A DNA stretch of 64,000 nucleotides from assembly GCF_009914755.1 (NCBI RefSeq), contig NC_060927.1, one strand, 5' to 3'. The notes under the pieces are model-generated. The model did no database searches, was not told where the DNA came from, and was given only the letters and a program-made list of their open reading frames with translations. Positions 35,943 to 49,612 of this stretch are shown piece by piece. The translations under genes were made by a program, and so were the position numbers. Position 1 is the first letter of the stretch, and every line of letters begins with the position of its first letter. This DNA is from the human T2T-CHM13v2.0 reference genome, Homo sapiens.

Positions 35943-37005
35943 AGCCTCAGTCCTCCCCCTTCCCTCCTTCCTTCTCTTGCTTCCTCTTTCACCATGTGAT
36001 CTCTGCACAGGTCAGCTCCCCTTTGTCTGCCAGCATGAGTGGAAGCAACCTGAGGCCCTCAGCAGATGCCTGTTAGGCAGCAGAATTGTGAACCAAATAG
36101 ACCTTTTTTCTTTATAAAGCACCCAGTCTCAGGTGGTGCTTTATAGCAACACAGAATGGACTAAGACAAAAAGTTAAAATTTATCAAAACATGCACAAAA
36201 CACACAGATCATATGTGGTGCAATTCACAGTTGAGAGAAATGCAAACAAACATAAAGGTACAGTATTAAACCACAACTGCAGTAAATGAACTACAGTACA
36301 TACTGTATTAAACTGTAATAATTTCATAGCCTCCTCCTATTGCTATAATGGTGAGCTCAAGTGTAGGAAGTATCCACTTAAAATGTCATGTGATGCTAAT
36401 AATCTCCATGTGGACAGTTCATCTCTCCAGTAAATTGCAAATTGCAGCAAAAAGTGATCTCTTGTGGTTCTCACGTGCTTTTCATCGTGTTTGCTCTAAT
36501 ACTCTAAACCTTGAATAACACTGTGGAACCCATGCAAAGTGCCACTAGCAATGCTGGAAGTGCTCCCAAGAAGCAGAGAAAAATCATGATATTACAAGAA
36601 AAAGTTGTATTGCTCAGTATGTACCATAGATTGAGGTCTGCAGGTATGGTTGCCTGCCATTTCATCCTGTGAACAGATGACATCAACTTATGGGATGGAT
36701 AAACACAGAATAATACTGTAGATGTATTTTTCCTTCTTTATGATTTTCTTAATAACATGTCCTTTTCTCTAGCTTCCTTATTGTAAGAATACAGTATATA
36801 ATACATGTAACATACAAAATATGTGTTAATCAACCATTTATGTTATTCACAAGGTTTCCAGTCAACAGTAGGGTAGTAGTAGCTCACTTTGGGGGAGTCA
36901 AAACTTATACTCAGATTTTTGACTTTGCAGGGATTGGCACTCTTGATCCCCTAATTGTTCAAGGATCAACTGTATATCCACAAATTAGTGTCTGGCATAG
37001 GGTAG

Positions 37006-37509
<504 letters not shown>

Positions 37510-38118
37510 GAGCCAAGGGTTTTCTAATGTGTTACAGTATAACGGAGTTTATCACAGAGACAGGGAGAAGTAAGTCTGTCTGAGTGTGGTGCTGGCCTTG
37601 TGGGGCGGTGCTATAGAGTCCCCATGGCTGGATTAGTAGATTACTTTACACAGCTTCTTAGGCTTCTGCAGGTCAAAAAAAACTTGGTCATAAACACACA
37701 GGAAACTTATAGAAAGAACTGGAGAGAGTACAAAGAGAATGGGAAGTCCTAAAAAGATGGTAGCTGCCAGAGTCAAAGAAAGGATATTTTTCATGTTAAT
37801 GTGATCAAAATTTTACCCCCGGCTAATGAGGTCTGAGACACACAGATTATATGTGAAATTCCAAAGGGTATGCTTTCAAGAACTAGAACTAATATTGTGG
37901 CAACTATACAAATGGTGAGAAACTATTTAAAATATAACATCCTACCCTTTACAAACCAGAATAGGCCCAGTTGTCTCTGCAGTTAAGTTTACTCTGTTTT
38001 CAACTTATTACTTTCTGGTCAAATCTCAGAATCTTTCCTTGACCAAAATGGCTTGTATCTGAGCCATACTGCCCGAGCTAAAAACTTTTTTGGCTTCATT
38101 TTTCTGTGAAAGAAACAC

Positions 38119-38515
38119 TGCTATGGACGGAATGTTTGTTTTGTTAAAATTCGTATGTTGAAATCCTAACCTCCCTTTTCTCTCCCAGCATGAGTGGAAG
38201 CAGTGATCATATTAGAAGGTGGGGCCTTTGGGAAGTAATTAGATCATGAGGGTGGAGCCCTCATGCATGGGATTAGTGGCCTCAGTAAAAAACACATGAG
38301 AAAGCCTTCTTTCTCTGTCTCTGCTCTATGTCTTGTGAGGATACAATCAGAAGATGGCCATCTGCAAACCAGGAGTCAGGCTCTCATCTTGCAAGAGATC
38401 TGCTGGTGCTTTGATCTTGGACTTCACAGGCTCCAGATGGTTAGAAATAAATTTCTATCATTTAAACTGCCCAGTCTATGGTATTCCGTTACAGAAGCCC
38501 AAATTGACTAAGACA
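38119..38515 (+). mobile_element. MLT1A-type LTR
   Basis: TGCTATGGACGGAATGTTTG start and GACTAAGACA end. Confidence 0.82.
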
Positions 38516-38610
38516 GACACATGTATGTATGACTATCTACACACATATTTTTATCTAGGGCATATTCTGAAGTTGTTTGAGGATGATAGTATTTAGCATG
38601 CCTGCTGTGA

Positions 38611-38919
<309 letters not shown>

Positions 38920-38969
38920 CTCATTCAGAGGTCTTGACCTTTTAGGAAAAGAAAGTGACCCAAAAAAAT

Positions 38970-39219
38970 TGTCCTGGTTTGTTTTGTGCTGCTACAACAG
39001 AATACCACAGACTGGGTAATTTATAATAAACAGGAATTTATTTGACTCACAGTTTTGGAGGCTGGGAAGTCCAAGACTGAGGGGCCACACCTGGTGAGGG
39101 CCTTCTTGCTGCACCATCCCTGGCAGAAGGCAGAAGAGTGAGAGAGCCCTTGAAATAGCAAGAGAGGGCTGAACTCACTGAACTATCTAATGAGTGGGTT
39201 TGTGATAATGAACCCACTC

Positions 39220-39261
<42 letters not shown>

Positions 39262-39858
39262 AATAGATGATACTGATCTATTCATGAGAGCAAAGACCTC
39301 ATGACCTAATCACCTCTTAAAAGTTCCACCTCTCAACACTGTTGCACTTGGGATTAAGTTTCCAACACATGAAGCTTGGGGGAGACCTTCGAACCATAGC
39401 AGGAATAAATCAGGTAAGAGGGTGTGTGTCTTGGTCCATTTGTGTCACTATAAAGGAATACTTGAGGCTGGATAATTTATTAAGAAGAGAGGTTTATTTG
39501 GCTCATAGTTCTTCAGGCTATACAAAAAATGTTGCACTACCATATGCATCTGGCAAGGGGCTCAGGCTGCTTCTACTCATGACCAAAGGCTAAGAGGAGT
39601 TGGTGTGTGCAGAGGTACAGAGATCACATGGCAAGAGAGGAAGCAAGAGAGAGACGGGGGAAGTGCCAGGCTCTTCTTAACAACCAGCTCCTATAGGAAC
39701 TAATAGAGTAAGAACTTGCTCATTATTCGAGGAGGACACCAAGCCATTCATGAGGGATCTGTCTCCATGACACAAACACCTCCCATTAGGACCCATCTCC
39801 AACATTGGTGATCAAATTTCAATGTGAGGTTTGGGGGACAAACATCCAAACTATAGCA
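38970..39858 (-). mobile_element. Two adjacent MST LTRs (about 38970-39401 and 39424-39858)
   Basis: Ends AACCATAGCA and AACTATAGCA; ACTGGGTAATTTATA and CTGGATAATTTAT motifs. Confidence 0.8.
39221..39260. repeat. (GATA)10 tetranucleotide STR
   Basis: Ten perfect units. Confidence 0.97.
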
Positions 39859-39947
39859 GTGGGCAAGAGTGGTGACAATGACTGTGAGGAAAGTAAGATC
39901 CAATCCTGCCCTGCGGTGGTACGGCTTAAGGTAATTCAGTGTGATAG

Positions 39948-40344
<397 letters not shown>

Positions 40345-40399
40345 TAATGACTTAAATGGCAACATGGAAAGCATGCTTCATACTCATCAATATCACAAA

Positions 40400-41480
40400 A
40401 CTGTGGAAGGTTGCTTGATAATAGACTCAATGTCCAAAAAGTACTCGTTGGCTGGGATGTAAAAATGAAACTTACAAATAAAATTTAATAAAATTATATA
40501 TTCAACCAGTTAACTAATTAATGTCAGTTAAGATTAAATCAATTGCATATCTAATTTATGCCCAGCTTCTCATGGAAGAAGAAGCATGAGCTAACAGAAT
40601 GAGGAGGCTGCTAAGAAATTTAACAAAATATTAAACCGTAATAGTAGAAGCGTTTTGTCCAAACTGAAGCAGGAAAAGATAACACTCTTTGTAGCTGTAG
40701 TCTTTTCATGCCTGAAATATTATGAGTGAAATCTGGATACCCAACTGTATCAGTCAGTTCTCGTACTGCTATAAAGAAATGCCTGAGACTGGGTAATTTA
40801 TAAAGAAAAGAGGTTTAATTGGCTCACAGTTCCTCAGGCTGTACAGAAAGCCTAGTGGCATCTGCTTCTGGGGAAGCCTCGGGGAGCTTTTAATCATGGC
40901 AGAAGGTAAAGCAGGAGCAGGCGTCCTACACGGCTGAAGCAGGACCTAGAGAGAGGGGGAAGGTGCAACCAGATCTCCTGAGAATTCACTCACTATGCAG
41001 TACCAAGGGGGGACGGTGCTAAACCATTCATGAGAACTCCGCCCCCATGAGCCAATCACCTCCTACCAGGACCCACCTCCAGCACTGGGGATTACATTTC
41101 AACATGAGATTTGGGTGGGGACACAGATCCAAACCATATCACAAACTTTCAGAGATGCTGAACAGGTAGGCCCTCAGAGGTGGTAGGAAAGAAGGATGAA
41201 GAGAGATCTTTGACGAGTTCGGCATGTCAGGGACGTTTATTCAGGAAAAGAGAATCTCTAGGGAGCAAATGCCAGGCATGTTCAGTTCATTGGAAGGGAG
41301 GTCATGTGGAAGGTGAGTGTTGTTATTTTGTCTGCCTCCAGAGGGCAGAAATAAAACCAGTGGGAGAAAGTTGTAAGGAGGCAGTTTCAGAAGACCTGGG
41401 TTAGAACTACAGTTGTTGATAATAAGCTGTCTCCACAGGAATAGGTTTTCCTTTCCCTGGTGCTGTTCAGACTGAGGCTG
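40400..41480 (+). mobile_element. Probable CR1/L3 remnant interrupted by an MSTA LTR
   Basis: Diverged L3-like phrases on both sides of the LTR. Confidence 0.45.
40746..41141 (-). mobile_element. MSTA LTR
   Basis: TGTATCAGTCAGTTCTC...GGGACACAGATCCAAACCATATCA; near-TSD CCAAC/CAAAC. Confidence 0.88.
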
Positions 41481-41892
41481 GGTCCTTAGTTGTAATTGAC
41501 ATGGGAGCCAAGATTTCTGCTTTGGGAGGGACAGTGGGAGTCTATCAACCTGTGATTTTTAAGAGCCCTGTCAATCATTCAGCTTCTACCTGAATAGTTC
41601 TGGTAACTGTGGGACAGATCTCTTTGTTTAAAATGTGTTTTTCTTTAAATAAAACATTGAGCTAAAATTTGCTTATCTTGCCTTGAACAATAGAAAAGGC
41701 GGCAAAACCACAGATGTGACTGGTGAAGTTGTTGGAGAAATGTGCTTCACTGAAGTGGCAGTGTTGCTTTTAAAACAAGATGAATTGGCTTTTGGTCAGT
41801 GTTCATATTGAAGCTGGTGTCAGATATGGCTCAGGACATTAGAATAAGTAGTAGATGCAAAGAGTTAATGCCTTCTATTTAGGGTCAAGAGT

Positions 41893-42207
<315 letters not shown>

Positions 42208-43739
42208 GTGGTCAAGAGCAGTTTTTAAGAGTAGGGGCAGAACTGAGCCTGCCTTGGGAACCTAGCAACTCGAGCTATAGGGAGAAGAAGGACATTGAAA
42301 CTGAGAATGCAGCTGGGTCTTGTAGATATTACGTGTTACTAGTCATAGTGATCTTTGAGAGAGAGTTTCAAATTTAAACATTTTAGACTACAGAAGTGTT
42401 CAGAAAAGTTGAATTGTTTGAGACCTTTTCAATGCTAGCTTCAATACTTTCATTCTTTCCTGTGTACTACTGTTGCATTTTTTGATATAAATTATTTGAG
42501 ATGAAGAAGTATGACTAAGAATCTTTTTAAAATTTGGACTCAGCCTACATTGCATAGGTGGTAGAAGGGTTTAAGAGTCTCTATATTTTGTTATAGGCCT
42601 TAACTTCTAGGCATCTTCATTTGGATGTTAACTTTTGTATTTGAGCAAATCTTAAGGTGCTTTTGGAGCAAAGTTTTAGCCAGGACTATAGTTTCATAAT
42701 TTGGGACCTAGAGCAGCAGATTATGCAGGTTGTCAACACCAGATAGTCATACTCATTGCCTTAGGTTGAGGTCCTTCTTCCTATTCCCAGAACCATGACT
42801 CTGGTGTAAGTCTTATCATTTCCAAAGTAGGTTCAGGGCATGCATCTCTGACATGAGCCTTGTTCTATATCCTGCTGCTAAGATAACCTTGAAACCTATT
42901 TTAATTACTTCATGCCTCAATAATCCCACAGTGTTCTCACTGTATTAAATCTAAATCCCTCAAAGTATAGGTGAGAGCCCTCTATCACAAATTCCACCTT
43001 TTTCTCTGAAGCTTCCAATTCTGTCCTATTAATCCTTTTAAGAAATATATCTTTATTAATTCATTTACTCATTCATTCATTCATTCATTCATTCAAGGAG
43101 TAACCAATATTTATTTACTGAGTACCAGGTGCTTGAGTTTTTTAATCCTCACAACAACCTTGACCAGAAGGTTTATTAAAGATCACAATTTAACAAATAA
43201 GAAAATTCAGGTTCAGAGAACTTTATGCCCAACATCACTCCTTTTCTCTCATTATGTTCTATGCTCTCTCCAGTGTACCATACTTCCTCTCATTTTGCAA
43301 ACATTTAATGGGCTTTTTTTCTGTGCCAAAACTGGTGTTAGGTGTTAGGGCAAAGAAGATGAATGAAACACTGAGATCATATATATGAACATGCATGTGA
43401 AATTATAAAGCATTATATGAAAATTGAAACTTTTTCTTCTTAATAAGAAAAAATTCAGTCTAGTGGAAGAAACAGGAATAAATAACTTTGTCCTCCAAAC
43501 TTCCCTTGCCTACTTTTACCTCCTTTGCCAAGCTTGTCCTTCAACCTGAATTTGACCTTTCACATTCTGAAGTTTGCTCACTTACCTAGTCATTCAGATT
43601 CTTCCACATACTTTACAATTAATTCATTCACCAAACACAAAGGGGTCTTATATTCAAAGCAGAATTCTAGGTTGATACTAGGGATACAAACATGAACAAA
43701 ACTCAGTCAAGTGGAAGAGATAAAGTATAACTAACTTCA

Positions 43740-44143
<404 letters not shown>

Positions 44144-44969
44144 TTAAATAGGGAAGAAGAAGTATGTTTCAGAGGGAAGGCACGTACAAAGGGACACAGG
44201 TACCTTCTGGAGCCATGAGTGATCAGCTGGGCTGAAGGCATGGCACCTGAGGAAGCCAAAGAGTCTGGAGCCAGAGAAGGCATTTGGACTCAAATGGGAT
44301 CTATTGGATTGTACCCTATTGGCACTAAGGAACTACTGCCTACCCCCCGCCCCGGCTTCTCATGCAGGACTATGACCTAGAATTGGAGTTATGTTATAGA
44401 AAGATGGCTTCAAGTTCCCCTTTGAGGAGCTCCACAGTAAATAAGCCATTTAGGAGAGAGGTCCCCATTTCTCTGGACTCACCATTGCCTCCAAAAAAAA
44501 AAAAAAAAGGCTAAAATCTCCCCAAAAGAATGGCAAATGAACAAGGGAAGGAAGGAGCTATTTCTTAGTGTTCTTTAGACTTTAACAGAGTATTATGTAC
44601 TGCTATTATTATTTTTTAGGTTAACAAAAGTAATACATTGTCTCTAGTGACTCCCTGAATGCTCCTTTGTAGCTTAATAGTTGAGGCTGAATGTAGCTAT
44701 TCAGAATACCTGGACAGCTATGGATGGAAGGGGCTTCTCTAGGCTAACTTTTGCTCTCTTGTCTCCTGAATAATCTGAGGGGTGGCATGGGATGCAGTCT
44801 GTTAACCTCTTAGAGCCTGTACAACAGAAATACATTACATTTGACTTAATATGAACTCAACAGTTATTTAATGAGTCCTATTGTGGTCCTTGCACTGTGC
44901 TATATTTTACGGATATAAAGATAAAAGTAAGAAACAGTCTTTGTCCCTGAGAAACGCATTGTGAAATAA

Positions 44970-45140
44970 GGCTGGGTGAGTTGGCTCACGCCTGTAATCT
45001 CAACACTTTGGGAGGCCAAGGCGGGAGAATCACTTGAGCGACAGAGTTCCAGACCAGCCTGGGCAACCTATTGAGACCCCCTCTCTTCCAAAAAAGGAAA
45101 AAAAAAAAAAAAAAAAAAGGGTGCGGTGGCTCATGCCTGC
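44970..45140 (+). mobile_element. Alu left monomer (FLAM/AluJ) plus a short Alu start
   Basis: Single arm, poly-A, then GGGTGCGGTGGCTCATGCCTG. Confidence 0.85.
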
Positions 45141-45671
45141 CCCGTGCCTGCAGTCCCCAAAACAAACAACAACAACAACAAAAAACAAAAAACAAAAAGA
45201 AAGAGGAAAGAGAGATTTTAACTTAAGTATAATAAAAATTGCTCATACTATGTTAGTTGTATGAATAAAATGCTGTGGGAAATGTGGGAGTAATATAGCT
45301 CACAAGGTTGCTGTGGGGGTTAACAACAACAAAAAGCGAAATATATGTGTAAATGAAAAAAAGTCAGTTTTAGGCTTAATTATCACTGAGTAAACATTGC
45401 CTTTATATTACTTTGGCGATCTGCAGAACGCGCAGCCCTCGCCATTCAGGAGTTGTTAGTTCCCTAAGCCTCAGGTTTCTTTAGTCTGGCTGAACCAAAA
45501 GGAGTTTCTGCTTAGCTAGGCAGGGCCGGGGGACAACAGCTTCTGCGAGTCTGCGATTGTGGCGGCCGGTATATTCGGCGGTTTACGGTAATGGGCGGGC
45601 CCCAAATCCCCATGTGGTCCCGACATCATTGACATGGCGGAATCCCCCATCAAACCCTCCTGGTAGTTATT

Positions 45672-45821
45672 TGAGCGGCGGCGGCGGCGGCTGGAGGAGG
45701 AGAGCGGCGGCGGCGGGAGCAGCGAAGGGGGCGGCAGGGATCCTCCAGGCTGCCGGCTGGGAAGGCGTGGGCGACCCGGTGTGTGGCGCGCCCAGAGCCC
45801 CGCGTTTCAGCCCTAGGGAAG
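45672..45821 (+). other. FNDC3B: Non-coding first exon (5' UTR), start approximate
   Basis: Strong donor AAG|GTAAGG at 45821/45822; the sequence ...CCCCGCGTTTCAGCCCTAGGGAAG matches my recollection of the FNDC3B mRNA leader. Confidence 0.75.
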
Positions 45822-46599
45822 GTAAGGCGTGCAAGAGCCGGGGACTAGAGGAGACCGGGACCCCGAGCGCGATCGCCGGGTCCCGGTGCACTGGAAAGCC
45901 CCGGCCTGACGCCGAGTCCGCCAAAGTGCGTCCCTGTCCCGGGAGCGCCCTGGGCTTCCCGGCAAAAACTTGGCGCCGGAGTGCTGGGGCGCCCCGTGCT
46001 CGCCTGGGCACCCCGGGAACACGGGACCCGGGAGGGGGCGGCCCCCGCCTTGCTGGGCTGGGGTCCCCCGCCTGTGCCCCCTGCCTCAGGGTTTGGAGGA
46101 GTGAAAGAAACGGGTAGATTCCTCTTAAAAAAAATTGGGCAGTGGCTCGCGGCCTCCCCCCACCCCCAGCCTTCCCAGCAGATTTTGTCCGAGGAATCCG
46201 CTCCCCCTCCCGGAATCTCCGCGGCAGGAACGCTGCCCAGGAGGGGGAGGGCGGGCGGCGAGGCCGAGGAATCTTCGACGTGTCACTTTCTGAGGCTGTA
46301 GATTTCCATATGGTGGAGGGAAGAGGGCGGGAGTGCGAAGTGGGGCTGGAAGTTGGGGCCGCCTCTCCGCGCCGGCGGGGGCGGTCGGGGGCCTCGAACC
46401 CGGGGATGCTCGCGGGGAGGGTCCCGAGCCCGCGCCGGCCTGGCCCCCCCGTCCCCGGCTGGGCCTCTCCGGGACACTCCCCGCCCCGCTGCTGGCCACC
46501 TCCGAGCACGCCACGTCCTCCTCCCCGTCCTGCCCCCCGGGCTCCCCCCGGGCTGGGGGCGGTAACCGGCGGCCGCGGCCGGACTTGGCGAGCCGGCGG

Positions 46600-46674
46600 C
46601 TGGAAGCTCGGGCGGGGGAGCGGGGCGCGGCGGGAAGGAGCGGGCGACCCGGTGTGTGGGCCAGCGGAGCTCCG
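46600..46674 (+). other. FNDC3B: Probable alternative non-coding first exon, start uncertain
   Basis: Donor-like CCG|GTCAGT inside the island, followed by G-runs; shares a 28-nt motif with the upstream exon. Confidence 0.5.
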
Positions 46675-47408
46675 GTCAGTCGGTCACCCCGAGGGGCGCC
46701 TCGGCCGGGGATAGGGCGGGCGGGCGGAATCTGCGCCCCGAGGCGGCCAGGAGGGGCCGCGCGGACCGTCTGGTGCCCGCGGCTGGGCTGGGGCCGGCAG
46801 GCGTGGGAAGGGCCTGTCACTCTCGGCAGAAAGTGGGGCCTCGGGCTGTGCCCGCGAACTTTCCCAGAGGTCCGGGTCCCGGCGTCCCGTGGGAACCGGA
46901 GGACCCGGGCCCGCCGTCTCGGGAGACTGGGCTGCGCCGCCCGGCGGCGCCTTTGGCGGGGAGGCTTCCAGGAGTGCGCGGTCGGAGTTGGAGCTTTTGG
47001 AATCTCAGCTCCCACCCTGCCATCCCAGACGAAGGGAAGCAATGGCATTTTATCCAGACAGTGCCGTTTGCAGACTTCCTTAAAAGTTATAACTTTTTGT
47101 TTTCTTTTCTCCTCAACCCAGCATTTTATTTAAACAAAATTTAGAATTTGGCCGCAATGGGCCAACGCTGGGGCCAAAAATCCACAGGTTTCTCTCTCCA
47201 TCCCTGCTGGTTTCTAGTCCCCCCTCCCCCTCTTCCCTCCCAGGCTTAATCATATTTTGGAACGGGTGAGGTCTTTTGTTGGGTGGGCACCCCCTGATTG
47301 CTTGTCTGTTTATTTTTTAATGTGCAACTAATTTGATTTGAATTTCCTTCAGTTTCCAGGCCTTCCTAGGGAAAGCTAAGGGAGAGGGAATATGCTTTTT
47401 AAAAATCG

Positions 47409-47546
47409 TTTTCTTTCTTTCTTTCTTTCTTTCTTTCTTTTTCTTTCTTTCTTTCTCCTTCTCTCTCCTTCCTTCCTTCCTTCCTTCCTTCCTTCTCTTC
47501 TCCTCCTCCTCCTTCTTGTTCTTGTTCTTCTTCTTTTTTTTTTTTT
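47409..47546. repeat. Polypyrimidine compound repeat (TTTC)n(TTCC)n(CTC)n(CTT)n
   Basis: Directly visible. Confidence 0.95.
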
Positions 47547-48747
47547 AAATAAATGTGGCAGGAGGTGGGGCGTTGGGAATGGGGAGGCACGGTGGTTGTG
47601 GGCAAAGAGTCAGAAGGAGCAGACAGACCCGGAAGAAAAGGAATCTGCTCTGGAATAACACTTTTTTTTTTGAGGCCTCAGGCCTTGGGCAAAATTGCTT
47701 CGCTCTGTAATGATTTCTGCTGCCGGAGTTGCTCCTCCACCCCTAAGTTAAAGCTATGAACCTGGGTGCCCGGGCAACGCCCCACAGTGGATAGCAGCCG
47801 GGAGCGCTGGTTTTGTGCCTTTTGTGGGGGCCCTTGGTTCCCCCTCATTGGAGGCTGACTCTGAAATTTACTGGATCAGTAAATTTCCTGGCTCCCTGGG
47901 AGCAGCTGTTAACGAGGATAAAGTCTCTGGGCATGTTTCTGGCCCTGCAAAAGGACCTCACCCATGAAGGTACAATTCTCACTTTGTTTAGATACCAGAG
48001 GGGCACCCACAGGCTGGCTGAGAATGAGGCATAGTTGATTAAAAAAAAAATCAGTCATTACAAAATTGTTTTTAAACTCACACGTGCTTTTAAAGTGTTG
48101 TGGTTTAAATTACTTTAAGATAAAAAAAATTCATCTGTAAGGATAGCGTTCATTTAAAAGATGCTAAAACTGCAGGATCTCATCATGAAATAGGAGGTTG
48201 TAGCTTCTAATTACAGTATATACAATTTCAGAAAGATATTCCGGTAATCTTTTAATACAGACTTTATAAATAGCTCACATCAGACGATGGGTTATATTGG
48301 AGAGCCAGTCTTCTGCGGTTTCTTGAAGAATGCTTGGGATCTGTGAGGAAGCTCTAGGCCCTTGGAGGCTAGGTAGCAGTTCACTCAGTAGGAGTTTGTG
48401 CTCCTTTTGCTCAGTATTTAACCTGGTAGCATTTGATGGATAAGTTCATTAGGAGCTAACTAGAAGAACTTACCACACTTGTCAGTTTGGAAAATGAGGC
48501 CCGGGAAGGGAAAGTGACTTGTTGAGGGTCACCATTATAGACGAAAGTTTAATACAGGATTGTGTTAATAGCTCCTTTCTGGGATATCTGATGTGTACTA
48601 AGCACTAATTCCTGTGCTTTTATACATTATCTCATTAAAATTCTAGTATTTTCGATTTAGGTTGTGTTATGCACACTTCACAAACAAGGGGATTGAGATT
48701 TACAGAGAGAGAGTAACTTGCATAAGATCACGTAGCTACCAATGGTG

Positions 48748-49332
<585 letters not shown>

Positions 49333-49388
49333 AAGTGTAGAACTTTTTGACTCCCAAATCTTTCACATGTAGCTTGGTCATATTGCTC

Positions 49389-49612
49389 TTTATTTTACTT
49401 TGAGACAGACTCTCGCTCTGTTACCCCGGCTGGAGTGCAGCGGCATGATCACTGGCTCACTCACTGTAGCCTCCACCTCCCAGGCTGAAGTGATCCTCTC
49501 CCCTTAGCCTCTCCAGTAGCTGGTACTACAGGTGTGCACGCCACCATGCCAGGCTATTTATTATTATTATTGTTTTTTTGTAGAGACAGGTCTCACTAGG
49601 TTGTCCAGGCTG
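49389..49612 (-). mobile_element. Truncated AluJ
   Basis: Antisense right arm and partial left arm. Confidence 0.88.

Larger units (their letters stand above)
45540..47000. promoter_or_regulatory. FNDC3B: CpG island promoter, probably of FNDC3B
   Basis: Non-repeat, very GC- and CpG-rich; GC boxes; YY1-type GACATGGCGG at 45631-45640; NF-kB-like GGAATCCCCC at 45639-45648. The island is clear; the gene name is recalled, not searched. Confidence 0.85.

Noticed and set aside
45557-47144. Long overlapping ORFs (up to 307 aa) on both strands
   Set aside because: Stop codons are scarce in a CpG island. The products are low-complexity G/P/R/A, cross splice donors and show no recognisable domain.
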